DNA of 49,883 nt from Octopus bimaculoides (lineage: Eukaryota). Every line of letters starts with the position of its first letter. Position 1 is the first letter of the stretch. Shown one piece after another: positions 49,061 through 49,883 of this stretch. Made by a program: the position numbers and the translations under genes. Under the pieces are notes generated by a model. That model searched no databases and was not told the DNA's origin. It saw only the letters and a program-made list of their open reading frames with translations. The DNA is taken from NCBI RefSeq assembly GCF_001194135.2, contig NC_068987.1, positions 35,491,979-35,541,861 on the forward strand. The letters run 5' to 3'.

Positions 49061-49852
49061 CAGACATTCAAAGATAAACTGCAGCAGTATACACAAGTAG
49101 ATTACTCTGTGTTTGTTTCTCTGGAATGTACTTATAATAGGCCCAGTACAGCCCCTACGGGAGCATGTTCTTTTTAATGGAGTGCTCTCACATTCTTTTT
49201 TAACGTTTTACATTTTATATATGTAAATGCCTAGAAGTTTATCACTAGCATGTGCCTGATTAACTGTTTTACAGACAATTAGATAGCAATGACGCATTAA
49301 CCTTGCATAGCAAAACGATGATTGTATTTATAGTATGTTGATTGAAGCTGCCCTGTCTCTTGTAGATATGTGCATCTCATTCGGATATGAATTTTACTTA
49401 ATACAAGTTATTACTACTTCATTGCAAACACTGTGCGAAACCATTTCATTTAATCAACCTTCGTTCCACTGGCATGCACTTAGTAACAGTGTAAGAGGGT
49501 ACTTAAAATTAGTTATAATTGTTGTCAAATTACTAAGCCGACAATCCTAGCGCAAACGAATTTCTTGACAGCAAAACTACTGAAACCATCCCTTCGCTAA
49601 AATTATTTTCAAAACCAATTGTGTAGATGTTATAGTAGAACTACTAAATCTTGCGTGCAAACCACATCAGTTTAACATGCCAACACAATTACACCAGGTT
49701 AAGACTATATATGCTTCAAACCCAACTATAATTTCTGCAAAATTATACAACCGATTCCTTATAAAAAATTGTTTCCAGAGTAACTAATGATATCGTGGTA
49801 CGAGTATATAATACTGGCATTCAGATTATAACCGTTGCACATGTATACATAC

Positions 49853-49883
<31 letters not shown>

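Overview
AT-rich, microsatellite-dense eukaryotic DNA with many N gaps. The repeat families suggest an octopus genome, but that is inference from recalled repeats and is not verified. I find no supportable host protein-coding exon, rRNA, true tRNA or CRISPR array, and almost all ORFs in the track are microsatellite or gap artefacts or TE debris. The window is a layered transposon graveyard: decayed Tc1/mariner elements (one with both TIRs, one DD37D), R4/Dong-type restriction-like-endonuclease LINE ends tied to (TAA)n, Penelope-like (PLE) RT and GIY-YIG remnants, RTE and CR1-like 3' ends, two tRNA-derived SINE families and a MITE. Three observations stand out. (1) Two diverged ORF1/zinc-knuckle non-LTR elements (9570-10330 +, 33367-35674 -) sit at the same nucleotide of the tRNA-like head of one SINE family. 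The second has a ~14-15 bp target-site duplication and the SINE body resumes after it, suggesting a SINE- or tRNA-targeting, partly ORF1-only retrotransposon lineage. (2) There are several minimal type I hammerhead-ribozyme folds in PLE-type terminal repeats. (3) A perfect 79-bp inverted repeat lies at 5185-5387.
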